Shown: piece after piece, positions 16,648-25,080 of the stretch
How positions within the stretch are numbered: position 1 is the first letter of the stretch
Layout: each line of letters starts with the position of its first letter
Assembly: GCF_000016745.1 (NCBI RefSeq)
Contig: NC_009483.1
Span: forward strand, 2,250,001 to 2,282,000
DNA from: Geotalea uraniireducens Rf4
GTDB taxonomy: Bacteria > Desulfobacterota > Desulfuromonadia > Geobacterales > Geobacteraceae
DNA length: 32,000 nt
Reading direction: 5' to 3'
The notes under the pieces: model-generated
Database searches by the model: none
What the model was told of the DNA's origin: nothing
What the model saw: the letters and a program-made list of their open reading frames with translations, nothing else
Program-made: the position numbers and the translations under genes

Positions 16648-17981
16648 TGAAGCGGGAGAAGGTCATTATCATGGGGGCTGCCGGGCGGGATTTTCACAAT
16701 TTCAATGTCTGCTTCAAAAATGACTCCCGTTACCAGGTCGTGGCCTTTACCGCCACCCAGATACCCTATATAGCCGGGCGCCGTTATCCGGCCGTCCTTG
16801 CCGGCAATCTCTATCCCCGCGGCATCCCCATTCACGATGAAGCAGAACTTGAGAAACTCCTGGACAAGTATCGGATAAATCAAGTTGTATTCGCTTACAG
16901 CGACATCGGGTATAACGAGATTATGCACAAGGCTTCGCGGGTCCTGGCCCGGGGGGCGGACTTTCGATTGATAGGCCCGGATGCCGCCATGCTGAAGAGC
17001 GGTAAACCGGTCATCTCCGTCTGTGCCGTGCGCACCGGTTGCGGCAAGAGCCAGATATCACGCTATATTGCCGCCGTTCTCCGGGGAAAAGGGATTACAC
17101 CGGTGGTGGTTCGTCATCCCATGCCATACGGGGATCTGGCAAAGCAGGCTGTCGAAAGGTTTTCCCATTTTGAAGATCTCTCCCTATATCATTGCACCAT
17201 CGAGGAGCGTGAGGAGTATGAACCCCTATTGCGGCAAGGCACAGTGGTCTATGCCGGCATCGATTACGAAAGGATCCTGCTGGCTGCAGAAGGTGAGGGG
17301 GATGTGATAATCTGGGATGGGGGCAACAACGATTTCCCGTTTTTCAGGCCGGATCTGGAAATAACCGTGGCGGACCCTTTACGGAGCGGTGACGAAACGG
17401 CGTATTTTCCCGGTGAAGTCAATCTGCGCCGGGCTGCTGTCGTTATCGTCAATAAAATCAATGCAGTCGATGCTGAAACAGTGCGCAGGTTGGAAAAGGC
17501 TGTTGCGGCAGTCAATGATCAGGCGCAAATTGTGCGGACCGCATCAGAGATAACGGTAGAGTGCGCCGATGACATCAGGGGTAAAAGGGTGCTGGTGGTT
17601 GAAGACGGGCCGAGCGTAACCCACGGCAACCTGCCGAGCGGTGCCGGTCTGGCCGCTGCCGCTCAATTCGGCGCAGCCGAAGTCATCGATCCGCGTCCGT
17701 TTGCCTCAGGTTCCTTGTTGGATACCTTCCGCTCCTATCCCCATATCGGCCCGGTACTCCCTGCCATGGGGTACAGCGATCGGCAGCGTGAAGAGCTGCG
17801 GATGACGATTGAAGCGGTTCCGAGCGACATGGTCCTTTCTGCAACCCCCATAGACCTTGCTTCCGTGGTGCGGCCGACAAAGCCGGTGTGCAGGGTATTC
17901 TACGAGATCAGGGAAGAAAAAGGGGAGCCGTTGAAATCGATAATCAGCTCTTTTCTTACAAAGAAAGGGCTGCTTCCTTAA
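16647..17981 (+). CDS. P-loop protein of the predicted-GTPase / cyclic 2,3-diphosphoglycerate-synthetase-like family (assignment from memory)
   Basis: The start ATG overlaps the aminotransferase stop (GTGATGA). Begins MKREKVIIMGAAGRDFHNFN. Walker A-like AVRTGCGKS. Confidence 0.6.
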   Translation: MKREKVIIMGAAGRDFHNFNVCFKNDSRYQVVAFTATQIPYIAGRRYPAVLAGNLYPRGIPIHDEAELEKLLDKYRINQVVFAYSDIGYNEIMHKASRVLARGADFRLIGPDAAMLKSGKPVISVCAVRTGCGKSQISRYIAAVLRGKGITPVVVRHPMPYGDLAKQAVERFSHFEDLSLYHCTIEEREEYEPLLRQGTVVYAGIDYERILLAAEGEGDVIIWDGGNNDFPFFRPDLEITVADPLRSGDETAYFPGEVNLRRAAVVIVNKINAVDAETVRRLEKAVAAVNDQAQIVRTASEITVECADDIRGKRVLVVEDGPSVTHGNLPSGAGLAAAAQFGAAEVIDPRPFASGSLLDTFRSYPHIGPVLPAMGYSDRQREELRMTIEAVPSDMVLSATPIDLASVVRPTKPVCRVFYEIREEKGEPLKSIISSFLTKKGLLP

Positions 17982-18018
17982 TCGAGCATGAATTCTGCAA
18001 AACTACATTTACTTACCT

Positions 18019-18119
18019 GATTAGTATCGATGCTCCGCGAGTCCCAAAACACTCCCTCCCCCCAACCCCCTCCCATCAAGGGAGGGGGAGAGAAATCGTA
18101 CGGAAGATTGGTAATAATC
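18019..18119. repeat. Short family-C-related repeat downstream of the P-loop gene
   Basis: The reverse complement of the right end AAGATTGGTAATAATC (18104-18119) matches the left end of the 10898-11070 element at 15/16 positions. The left end GATTAGTATCGATGCT is degenerate. Central hairpin CCCCCTCCC-ATCAA-GGGAGGGGG. Confidence 0.5.
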
Positions 18120-18146
18120 GGATTTTCTTAAGTCGTATTTAATGAC

Positions 18147-18162
18147 TGGCACACTATGTGCT
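18147..18162 (+). promoter_or_regulatory. Sigma-54 -24/-12 promoter candidate upstream of the NtrC-type regulator gene
   Basis: TGGCACACTATGTGCT has GG at 18148-18149 and GC at 18160-18161 with the canonical 10-nt gap. The -12 element is GTGC rather than TTGC. Confidence 0.55.
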
Positions 18163-18244
18163 AAAGGGGTATGAGCAGACTATGGTGGTATTTACGTCTG
18201 GAAATGAAAAGAACTGTCTCAAGTTTTGGGAAAGCGAGATTACG

Positions 18245-19663
18245 ATGACAAATATGTCGACAAATAATGGTAACGATCAGTCGGTTCTGATCGTAGACGA
18301 TGATAGCGATGTTCTAAACGAATTACGTGTGATGCTCCTGTCCAACGGCATCAGGGATATTATCACTCTTTCCGACAGCAGTGCCGTTATTGCCGAGTTG
18401 GATAAAGGCGGCATTTCAGTGCTGCTCATGGACTGGATCATGCCCGGTCTTACGGGGTCGGAGCTGCTTCCCCTGATAGTCCAGCGCTTTCCGCATATTC
18501 CGGTCATCGTCATAACGGCGGTGAGCGACGTGCAGACGGTGGTCAACTGCATCAAGCAGGGCGCTTTCGACTATATTACCAAGCCGGTCGATTCCGATCG
18601 GCTGCTGTTGACCATTCAGAAGGCTTTCCATATCAGCGAGCTCGCCAGCCAGAACAGAATCCTCAGGAACTACCTGCTGGGAGAGCCGCTGGCCCATCCG
18701 GAACATTTCAGCGACATTGTGACATGCAGCGACAAGATGCAGGCGCTTTTCAAGTTGATCGAGACCATCGCACCCTCCCGTCACCCGGTATTGATCAATG
18801 GTGAAACCGGTGTCGGCAAGGAGCTGATTGCCAGATCCATTCATAAGGCGAGCGGATTCAAAGGGGCCTTTGTCCCGGTGAACGTGGCAGGTCTTGACGA
18901 CATCATGTTCAGCGATACCCTTTTCGGCCACAGGAAGGGTGCATTTACCGGCGCCAACGAGGCAAGGGAGGGGCTGATAGCAAAAGCCCAGGGCGGCACG
19001 TTGTTTCTGGACGAAATCGGCGACATGAGTCCCGAATCCCAGATCAAGCTTTTGCGGCTTTTGCAGGAGCATGAGTACTATCGCCTCGGTTCCGATGCCC
19101 TGGTAAAATCCGATGCCCGCATCATCGCCGCATCCAATCAGGATATAGACGCTTTGATTAACCAGGGAAAGTTCAGGCAGGACCTCTATCAGCGCCTCTG
19201 TTTCCACGAGCTCAAGATACCGCCTCTCAGGGAGCGGAGAGAGGATATCATGCCCCTCATCGAGCATTATGTGGCCAAGGCCGCTGCAATATATGAAAAG
19301 GACATTCCCGATTTTTCACGGGAACTGTATATAGCTTTGCAGGAGTACGATTTTCCGGGCAATGTCCGTGAATTGATCAGCAAGGTCAGCAGGGGGGTGG
19401 CGCATAGCCGGAGGGGGATACTTACCCTGCAGGACTTTCCGGGAGTGCCGGCCAAGATGAACTTGGGCAGACCTGCCGTCCGGGTTGCATCAGACGGGTT
19501 TTTCAAGCTTCAGGCAACCTTTGAGCAATTTCCGAATTTTGGCGACATCGAGCGGTTGCTCTCCGACGAGGCCCTGAAGGCGGCGAAAGGCAACAAGACA
19601 GCTGCCGCTGAATTGCTCGGCATTTCCCGCCCGACGTTGCAAAAAAAGCTGACGACAGGGTGA
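18245..19663 (+). CDS. Sigma-54-dependent response regulator (NtrC family: REC - AAA+ - Fis HTH)
   Basis: REC domain (VLIVDDD...LLMDWIMPGLTG...KP), Walker A GETGVGKE, the GAFTGA loop and a C-terminal HTH (AAELLGISRPTLQKKL). The start is uncertain: candidates are GTG 18158, ATG 18245 and ATG 18254. Confidence 0.9.
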   Translation: MTNMSTNNGNDQSVLIVDDDSDVLNELRVMLLSNGIRDIITLSDSSAVIAELDKGGISVLLMDWIMPGLTGSELLPLIVQRFPHIPVIVITAVSDVQTVVNCIKQGAFDYITKPVDSDRLLLTIQKAFHISELASQNRILRNYLLGEPLAHPEHFSDIVTCSDKMQALFKLIETIAPSRHPVLINGETGVGKELIARSIHKASGFKGAFVPVNVAGLDDIMFSDTLFGHRKGAFTGANEAREGLIAKAQGGTLFLDEIGDMSPESQIKLLRLLQEHEYYRLGSDALVKSDARIIAASNQDIDALINQGKFRQDLYQRLCFHELKIPPLRERREDIMPLIEHYVAKAAAIYEKDIPDFSRELYIALQEYDFPGNVRELISKVSRGVAHSRRGILTLQDFPGVPAKMNLGRPAVRVASDGFFKLQATFEQFPNFGDIERLLSDEALKAAKGNKTAAAELLGISRPTLQKKLTTG

Positions 19664-19875
19664 AACTGAACTGCAATAACCCCACCTGTCCTCCCCTTAC
19701 TCTAAGGGGAGGGACGCCAAGTAATACCTTTAGTTGATCTTTCAGCAGAACCAGTCCCTCACGTTCACCCTCTTAAGATAAGAGGGGGGCAGGGGGAGTT
19801 ATGAGTGTGAATCCGCTCAAATCAGATTTTTATCCGCGTACCAATGCCTTTGGCTTTTTCTTGCTTGATTTCCGG

Positions 19876-21453
19876 CTACGCCGCCTGCGACAGGGGGAGC
19901 CTTATGGTGAAAATCGTTCCCTTGCCGGGTTCGGATTGCACCTCAAACCTCCCCTGGTGCTCGATTACGATGAAGTTGGAGATATAGAGCCCCAGACCGC
20001 TCCCCCCGTTGTCGATGCGGGTGGAGAAGAACGGTTCGTAGATCCTTTCCAGATGTTCCGGCAGTATGCCTTCCCCCTCATCCTCCACGGAAATGAGCAC
20101 CTCACCGCATATCCGGTCGAGGACCGTCACGAGTTTGATGGTCCCCATCCCGTTGGGCATGGCCTGGATGGCGTTGAGGAGCAGGTTGATGACGACCTGT
20201 TCGAGCTGGTGCCGGTTGCCGGTGATGAGTGGCAGGTCGGGATCCGGTTCTTGGGCGATGGAAAGATTGCCGTGGTGGCCGTGGATACGGATAACTGCCA
20301 GGGCGTCGTTTATGATCTGGTTCACGTTCACGTCGGACTGGAACTCGTTCCGGTCGCCGAGGCTGTAGGCCCTGAGATTCTTGATTACCTGTTCAATCCT
20401 CTCCGTATTGCGGATGATGTTCATTCCGCTCCTGGCAACCTCCTCGCCGGCCATACTGAAAGGTATGCCGCCGATGCTGAAATCCCCTTCCTCCCTGGCA
20501 ACACCTTCCAGAATAGGCACCGTATCCTTCCAGGCCTTGTTCAGGTACTGTCCGGCAAGCCTTATTGCGCCGTTGGGGTTGTTGATCTCATGGGCCATGC
20601 TCGATACGAGTAGCCCCAGCGACGTCATCCGGTTCGTCTGGATCAATTTGGCCATGAGCTGTTTTCTTTCTTCACGTACTTCGAGTTTCATGGCGTTGAA
20701 CAATTCTTCCTGCAAACGACGGTTTTCAGCCTCGCGGCTCTCCAGGGAGGCGGCCAGGTCGTTGATCGCCATGGCGGCCTGTCCGGGTTCGTCATCGGAT
20801 TCCGTTGCGATTCTCACGGAATAGTCCCCCATTCCGATTGTTTTCACCCCCTGCATCAATGCATTGAACGAATGCGTGGCCTTTTTCAGCGCCAGGTAAC
20901 TGAGCGATAGCACCATCAGCCAGAAGAATAAGGCCATGGTTGCGGAGAATATGACCAGCTCGCGCGTCTTTTTGGGAAGGTCGTTCGAATTCAGGGCCAG
21001 TCGGACAGTGCCGAGAGCTTTTCCTGAAGTGGCGGGATTGCCTGTCAGAGCCGATTCTGCAGAGGCTGCCAGGCTCCCGGAATCGACGGTAACCGTTACG
21101 CTCAGGGTGGTCGCCGGTGTTGTGTTTTCTCGTTTTCTGAGTTCGACCAAGACCTTACCGTCGTTGTTGGTTATGACTATACCGACAACGTCGGGTTTCT
21201 GCGCCGTTTCGGCAGCAATCCGCTCCAGCGTCTCTTTGTCCTCTGCATATAGTGGTAGGCGAATGCTGTTGGCGAGCAGTGATGTCAGCAGGAGCGTTTT
21301 TTCAGAGGCCTGCAACCGGTAAGAGCGGATTTCATGTTCGACAAATAGCGCCGTAAAGAGGGTGGTAATAAGGGTGGTGATGATAGTGAAGACGGCAAAG
21401 AGTCTGAAGCGGAAGCTTTTATTGAGTTTCTGGAGACGGCTCACGATGGACAT
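19876..21453 (-). CDS. Sensor histidine kinase (TM - about 135-aa periplasmic domain - TM - HAMP - HisKA - HATPase)
   Basis: H-box SSMAHEINNP, N-box NLLLNAIQA and G-boxes EDEGEGI and GSGLGL. Two hydrophobic helices bracket the extracytoplasmic region. ATG 21453 has GGAG 6 nt upstream, whereas ATG 21465 has no RBS. Confidence 0.88.
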   Translation of the reverse strand: MSIVSRLQKLNKSFRFRLFAVFTIITTLITTLFTALFVEHEIRSYRLQASEKTLLLTSLLANSIRLPLYAEDKETLERIAAETAQKPDVVGIVITNNDGKVLVELRKRENTTPATTLSVTVTVDSGSLAASAESALTGNPATSGKALGTVRLALNSNDLPKKTRELVIFSATMALFFWLMVLSLSYLALKKATHSFNALMQGVKTIGMGDYSVRIATESDDEPGQAAMAINDLAASLESREAENRRLQEELFNAMKLEVREERKQLMAKLIQTNRMTSLGLLVSSMAHEINNPNGAIRLAGQYLNKAWKDTVPILEGVAREEGDFSIGGIPFSMAGEEVARSGMNIIRNTERIEQVIKNLRAYSLGDRNEFQSDVNVNQIINDALAVIRIHGHHGNLSIAQEPDPDLPLITGNRHQLEQVVINLLLNAIQAMPNGMGTIKLVTVLDRICGEVLISVEDEGEGILPEHLERIYEPFFSTRIDNGGSGLGLYISNFIVIEHQGRFEVQSEPGKGTIFTIRLPLSQAA

Positions 21454-21654
21454 GGCGTACTCCATGGATTGGGGGTTGAACCATATATGTGGGGAAGGCA
21501 GATGGTCATAAGTGAATTGATCAGGACGCCCCTTTAATTATCGGTTCAATCGTCAAATGAAGGCGGGTTTATTATTCCGTGCGTATTGGTTATAGTTCAT
21601 TTGCGCCGCAAAGGCAATAACTATGCGTGAATAGGGCCGCTCGATTTTTTTGGG

Positions 21655-22977
21655 CTATTCCGACAACGTCTCTTTTGTTGCAGCCCGTGAGGAGGGGTAT
21701 CGGAGATCCTGGAGGATGAACCGCTCCAGTGCGGCGTCGTAGAAATCCTTGCGGCAGTCCACTTCGTCGATGACGCCGTTTTTCAGGAGGGTGAGGTAGC
21801 GGCAGCCGCCGAAGCATAGAGGTAGGTAGGCGCAGTCGAGGCATTCATCGGTTTTCCAGACGTCCAGGTTGTGGGAAACGGAATAATCTTTGGTTCCTTC
21901 TGCAAGTGTACCAATGGAGAGCTCCGGCCACCCCATGAAGGCGGAGCATTTATAGAGTGAGCCGTCGTAGTTGACGACCAGGTGGTTGTCGAATTCGATG
22001 ACGCAGGCCGCCTGGGTCGGCTTCATGGTCTTGAAGCCCCGTTTCAGGATCTCTTCCCGCAGGTACGGGGCTGCCTCCGTCACCCACGGCTCGCTGCCGG
22101 AGGCGCAGCAGGCAGAGGTGTCGGCGCTGGCCGTCCTGCCGGACTTGGGCATGATCGGGGCGAATTGAACCTCGCCGAGCCGTTCGGGGGGGATTCCCTC
22201 GGCAATGATATGGTCGAGCACTCGGGGGAATTCCCGGTAGTTGTCGCGGAAAAAATTGCCGCCAAGCTGCAGCTCGATCAGGTCGAAGCTCGCCTTGATG
22301 TTGGCGACGATGATGTCGTAACTCCCGACGCCGGAGACGAAGGGGCGCTGGCGGTCGTGGATCTCGCGGGGGCCGTCGAGGGTGAGAATGGCGCCGGTGA
22401 GCCCCAATGGGAGAAGTTCTTCGACAACGGTCCGGGTGAGAAGGGTGCCGTTGGTAGTCATGCCGAAGGAGAATTTAGTTCCATGAGCTTGGGCCGCGTC
22501 CAGCAGAGGGCGGGCGATTTCCCGGATGAGGGGAAGGGAGAGGAGCGGTTCGCCGCCGTAGAAGCCGAGCTTCACCTCCCGGCCGCGGCCGATCTGCTCA
22601 CTGATCACGGTATCCACCAGGAGGCGGGCCGTTTCCCGGGTCATGTAGTGGCGTCCCCGGAAATGGTCTTCAAAGCAGTAGGGGCAGGCCAGGTTGCAGT
22701 CCAGGTTCATGACCACCTTTGCGTAGAACCGGTTGTTCCGGGCATTGGCCCTCTTCACCAGGGAGGTCATTGCTGCCTGCTCGGCCTCGGGGTCGTCGAT
22801 GAGGATTTCCAGGCGGCGCAGGGTCTCTCTCTCTGTGTCGGTGAGGGTCCCTTCCCGCGCCGCTTCGAGGCGGTCTCCAGAGAGTCGGACCACCGACCCC
22901 TTTCGGGTCGAGTAGAGGAGATACGAGCCCGGCCGGTCGGAGTCGTGGTAGATTTTCAGGTAGTGGGAAAGGGGCAT
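21655..22977 (-). CDS. Radical SAM/SPASM peptide maturase, paralog 1 (geopeptide-type maturase candidate)
   Basis: Start MPLSHYLKIY has GGAGG at 22984-22988. Radical SAM triad CNLACPYC and C-terminal SPASM motif CLDCAYLPLCFGGC (Cx2Cx5Cx3C), plus the upstream Cys pair ACVIEF...YKC. The N-terminal ~90 aa look RRE/PqqD-like. The 36 extra codons in the ORF track overlap the hairpin. Confidence 0.88.
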   Translation of the reverse strand: MPLSHYLKIYHDSDRPGSYLLYSTRKGSVVRLSGDRLEAAREGTLTDTERETLRRLEILIDDPEAEQAAMTSLVKRANARNNRFYAKVVMNLDCNLACPYCFEDHFRGRHYMTRETARLLVDTVISEQIGRGREVKLGFYGGEPLLSLPLIREIARPLLDAAQAHGTKFSFGMTTNGTLLTRTVVEELLPLGLTGAILTLDGPREIHDRQRPFVSGVGSYDIIVANIKASFDLIELQLGGNFFRDNYREFPRVLDHIIAEGIPPERLGEVQFAPIMPKSGRTASADTSACCASGSEPWVTEAAPYLREEILKRGFKTMKPTQAACVIEFDNHLVVNYDGSLYKCSAFMGWPELSIGTLAEGTKDYSVSHNLDVWKTDECLDCAYLPLCFGGCRYLTLLKNGVIDEVDCRKDFYDAALERFILQDLRYPSSRAATKETLSE

Positions 22978-22990
22978 GTAAAACCTCCAG

Positions 22991-23016
22991 GAAAAGAGGG
23001 GAGCACGCTCCCCTCT
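22991..23016 (-). terminator. Terminator-like hairpin between precursor A1 and maturase 1
   Basis: Minus-strand sense is AGAGGGGAGC-GT-GCTCCCCTCT, a perfect 10-bp arm, followed by TTTTCC and then immediately by the maturase RBS. Confidence 0.55.
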
Positions 23017-23051
23017 TCGCAGTTCGATGCTGCTGTGCTGTCTCTGCGGCC

Positions 23052-23159
23052 TCAGGTCCGATTGGAGCTGCCTGCGGTGCAGCAAGTGTTCAGTTCCTCA
23101 TGGTCGGCGCGCCCCTCGTCCAGAACCTCCAGTTCCATCTTCTTTTGCGTCGTTTCCAT
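23052..23159 (-). CDS. RiPP precursor peptide A1 (35 aa): METTQKKMELEVLDEGRADHEELNTCCTAGSSNRT
   Basis: Hand translation of the minus strand. GGAGG lies 7 nt upstream of the ATG at 23159, with the TGA stop at 23052-23054. It sits 74 nt upstream of maturase 1 and is paralogous to A2-A4. Confidence 0.8.
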   Translation of the reverse strand: METTQKKMELEVLDEGRADHEELNTCCTAGSSNRT

Positions 23160-23252
23160 AGTGCTACCTCCTCTGTTGAAATACACCCGGTGCGGGTGGA
23201 AAAACCACAAAAATTCGACAAAATCAGCCTGTTGTGTATAGATGCGCCGGCT
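23160..23252 (-). promoter_or_regulatory. Precursor promoter/leader module, truncated copy (A1)
   Basis: Shares with the other three copies the 5' leader ...GTCGAATTTTT(C)GTGGTTTTTCCACCC-loop-GGGTG-ATTTCAACAGAGGAGG and the TATACA/TATAGCA box. The distal TTAAGCAC part is missing. Confidence 0.5.
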
Positions 23253-23290
23253 CTTCGCAGATGAATGCTGTAGATCTCACTTAGCGGTCC

Positions 23291-23398
23291 TCAGGTCCGG
23301 CCGGAGTTGCCTCCGCCACAGCAACTGTTCAATTCCTCGTGGTCCGCTCGCCCCTCGTCCAGAACCTCCAGCTCCATCTTCTTTTGCGTCGTTTTCAT
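23291..23398 (-). CDS. RiPP precursor peptide A2 (35 aa): MKTTQKKMELEVLDEGRADHEELNSCCGGGNSGRT
   Basis: This is the C-terminal 35 codons of the 84-aa ORF-track entry. The internal ATG at 23398 is preceded by AAGGAGG, and the upstream part of the long ORF is the conserved non-coding module. Confidence 0.8.
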   Translation of the reverse strand: MKTTQKKMELEVLDEGRADHEELNSCCGGGNSGRT

Positions 23399-23504
23399 AG
23401 CACTACCTCCTTTGTTGAAATGCACCCGGATTGGGTGGAAAAACCACGAAAAATTCGACAAAATCAGCCTGCTGTGTATAGATGTGCCGGTGCTTAATAA
23501 GATA
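23399..23504 (-). promoter_or_regulatory. Precursor promoter/leader module (A2)
   Basis: Near-identical to 25081-25190 and 27021-27127 over the leader, the TATACA box and TTAAGCAC. Confidence 0.5.
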
Positions 23505-23585
23505 CATGTTAATGGTGAATCAACCAAACAGACGCTTCCTGCCAAGACAGGTAACTCACTTTGAGGGCTATTCCTGCGACGTCTC

Positions 23586-24896
23586 CTATGTTGCAGTCTG
23601 TGATGAGGGGTACTGGAGATCCTGGAGGATGAATCGCTCCAGTACTGAGTCGTAGAACGCCTTGCGGCAGTCTACTTCGTCGATGACGCCGTTTTTCATG
23701 AGGGGCATGAGGCGGCAGCCGCCGAAGCAGAGTGGGAGATAAGCGCACTCCAGGCATTCATCGGTTTTCCAGACGTCCAGATTGTGGGAGACTGAATAAT
23801 CCCTGGTTCCTTCTGTAAGGGAGCCGATGGAGAGCTCCGGCCACCCCATGAAGACGGGGCATTTATAGAGTGAGCCGTCGTAGTTGACGACCAGGTCGTT
23901 GTCGAATTCGATGGCGCAGGCCGCCTGGGTCGGCTTCATGGCCTTGAAGCCCTGTTTCAGTATCTCTTCCCGCAGGAGCGGGGCTGCCTCCGTCACCCAT
24001 GGCTCGCTGCCGGAGGTGCAGCAGGCGGAGGTGTCGGCGCCGGTTGTAACCCCGGATCCGGACTTGGGTATGATCGGGGCGAACTGAACTTCGCCGATCC
24101 GTTCGGGTGGGATTCCCTCGGCAATGAGATGGTCGAGCATCCGGGGGAATTCCCGGTAGTCGTCACGGGAATAATTGCCGCCAAGCTGCAGTTCTATCAT
24201 GTCGAAGGTCGCCTTGATGTTGGCGACGATGATGTCGTAGCTCCCCGCGCCGGAGACGAAGGGGCGCTGGCGGTCGTGGATCTCGCGGGGGCCGTCGAGG
24301 GTGATGATGGCGCCGGTAAGCCCCAAGGGGAGAAGTTCCTCGACAACGGAGCGGGTGAGTAGGGTGCCGTTGGTGGTCAGGACAAAGGAGAACTTCACCC
24401 CTTTTTCAGCGGCGGCGTCCCGGAGGGGGATGGCGATTTCCCGGATGAGGGGTAGGGAGAGGAGCGGTTCGCCGCCGTAGAAGCCGAGCTTCACATCGCG
24501 ACCGCGGCCGATCTGCTCGCGGATCACGGTATCCACCAGGAGGCGGGCCGTGTCTTGGGTCATGTAGTGGCGCCCCCGGAAATGGTCTTCGAAGCAGTAG
24601 GGGCAGGCCAGGTTGCAGTCAAGGTTCATGACCACCTTGGCGTAGAACCGGTTGCTCCGGGCATTGGCCCTCTTCACCAGGGAGGTCATGGCCTCCCGCT
24701 CGGCCGCAGGGTCGTCGATGAGGATTTCAAGGCGGCGCAGAGTCTCCCGCTCTGCGTCGGTGAGGGTCCCTTCCCGTGCCGCTTCAAGGCGGTCTCCAGA
24801 GAGCCGGACGACCGACCCCTTCCGGGTCGAGTAGAGGAGATACGAGCCCGGCCGGTCGGAGTCGGGGTATATTTTCAGGTAACGGGAAAGGATCAT
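23586..24896 (-). CDS. Radical SAM/SPASM peptide maturase, paralog 2
   Basis: Start MILSRYLKIY has GGAGG at 24904-24908. It has the same CNLACPYC triad, with SPASM motif CLECAYLPLCFGGC. It is collinear with paralog 1 along its whole length and ends 6 codons earlier (TAG where paralog 1 has AAA). Confidence 0.88.
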   Translation of the reverse strand: MILSRYLKIYPDSDRPGSYLLYSTRKGSVVRLSGDRLEAAREGTLTDAERETLRRLEILIDDPAAEREAMTSLVKRANARSNRFYAKVVMNLDCNLACPYCFEDHFRGRHYMTQDTARLLVDTVIREQIGRGRDVKLGFYGGEPLLSLPLIREIAIPLRDAAAEKGVKFSFVLTTNGTLLTRSVVEELLPLGLTGAIITLDGPREIHDRQRPFVSGAGSYDIIVANIKATFDMIELQLGGNYSRDDYREFPRMLDHLIAEGIPPERIGEVQFAPIIPKSGSGVTTGADTSACCTSGSEPWVTEAAPLLREEILKQGFKAMKPTQAACAIEFDNDLVVNYDGSLYKCPVFMGWPELSIGSLTEGTRDYSVSHNLDVWKTDECLECAYLPLCFGGCRLMPLMKNGVIDEVDCRKAFYDSVLERFILQDLQYPSSQTAT

Positions 24897-24910
24897 GCGT
24901 AAACCTCCAG

Positions 24911-24935
24911 GAAAAGAGGGGAGCCCGGCTCCCAT
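24911..24935 (-). terminator. Terminator-like hairpin between precursor A3 and maturase 2
   Basis: Minus-strand sense is GGGAGCC-G-GGCTCCC followed by CTCTTTTCC. It occupies the same position relative to the RBS as 22991-23016. Confidence 0.5.
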
Positions 24936-24972
24936 CTTCGCAGTTCAATACTGCTGTGTTGTCTCTGTGGCC

Positions 24973-25080
24973 TCAGGTCCGATTGGAGTTGCCAGCAGAA
25001 CAGCAAGTATTCAGCTCCTCGTGGTTCGCGCGCCCCTCGTCCAAAACCTCCAGCTCCATCTTTTTTTGCGTAGTTTTCAT
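24973..25080 (-). CDS. RiPP precursor peptide A3 (35 aa): MKTTQKKMELEVLDEGRANHEELNTCCSAGNSNRT
   Basis: Hand translation. RBS GAGGAG is upstream of the ATG at 25080, with the TGA stop at 24973-24975. It sits 76 nt upstream of maturase 2 and is absent from the ORF track. Confidence 0.8.
   Translation of the reverse strand: MKTTQKKMELEVLDEGRANHEELNTCCSAGNSNRT

Noticed and set aside
21982-23241. Long + strand ORF (419 aa) and the similar shadow ORFs at 19801-20613, 2080-3165, 7413-8453, 8841-9935, 4910-5776, 11062-12201 and 12631-13230.
   Set aside because: All lie antisense to genes with clear family motifs. Their products are Gly/Arg/Pro/Ala-rich low-complexity sequences typical of shadow frames in high-GC DNA, and none has an RBS.
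23291-23545. The 84-aa and 86-aa (26922-27182) versions of the precursor ORFs given in the track.
   Set aside because: Their N-terminal extensions read through the conserved non-coding module and are not conserved as protein between copies. A strong GGAGG precedes the internal ATG in all four copies, so the short 35-aa and 32-aa forms are called.
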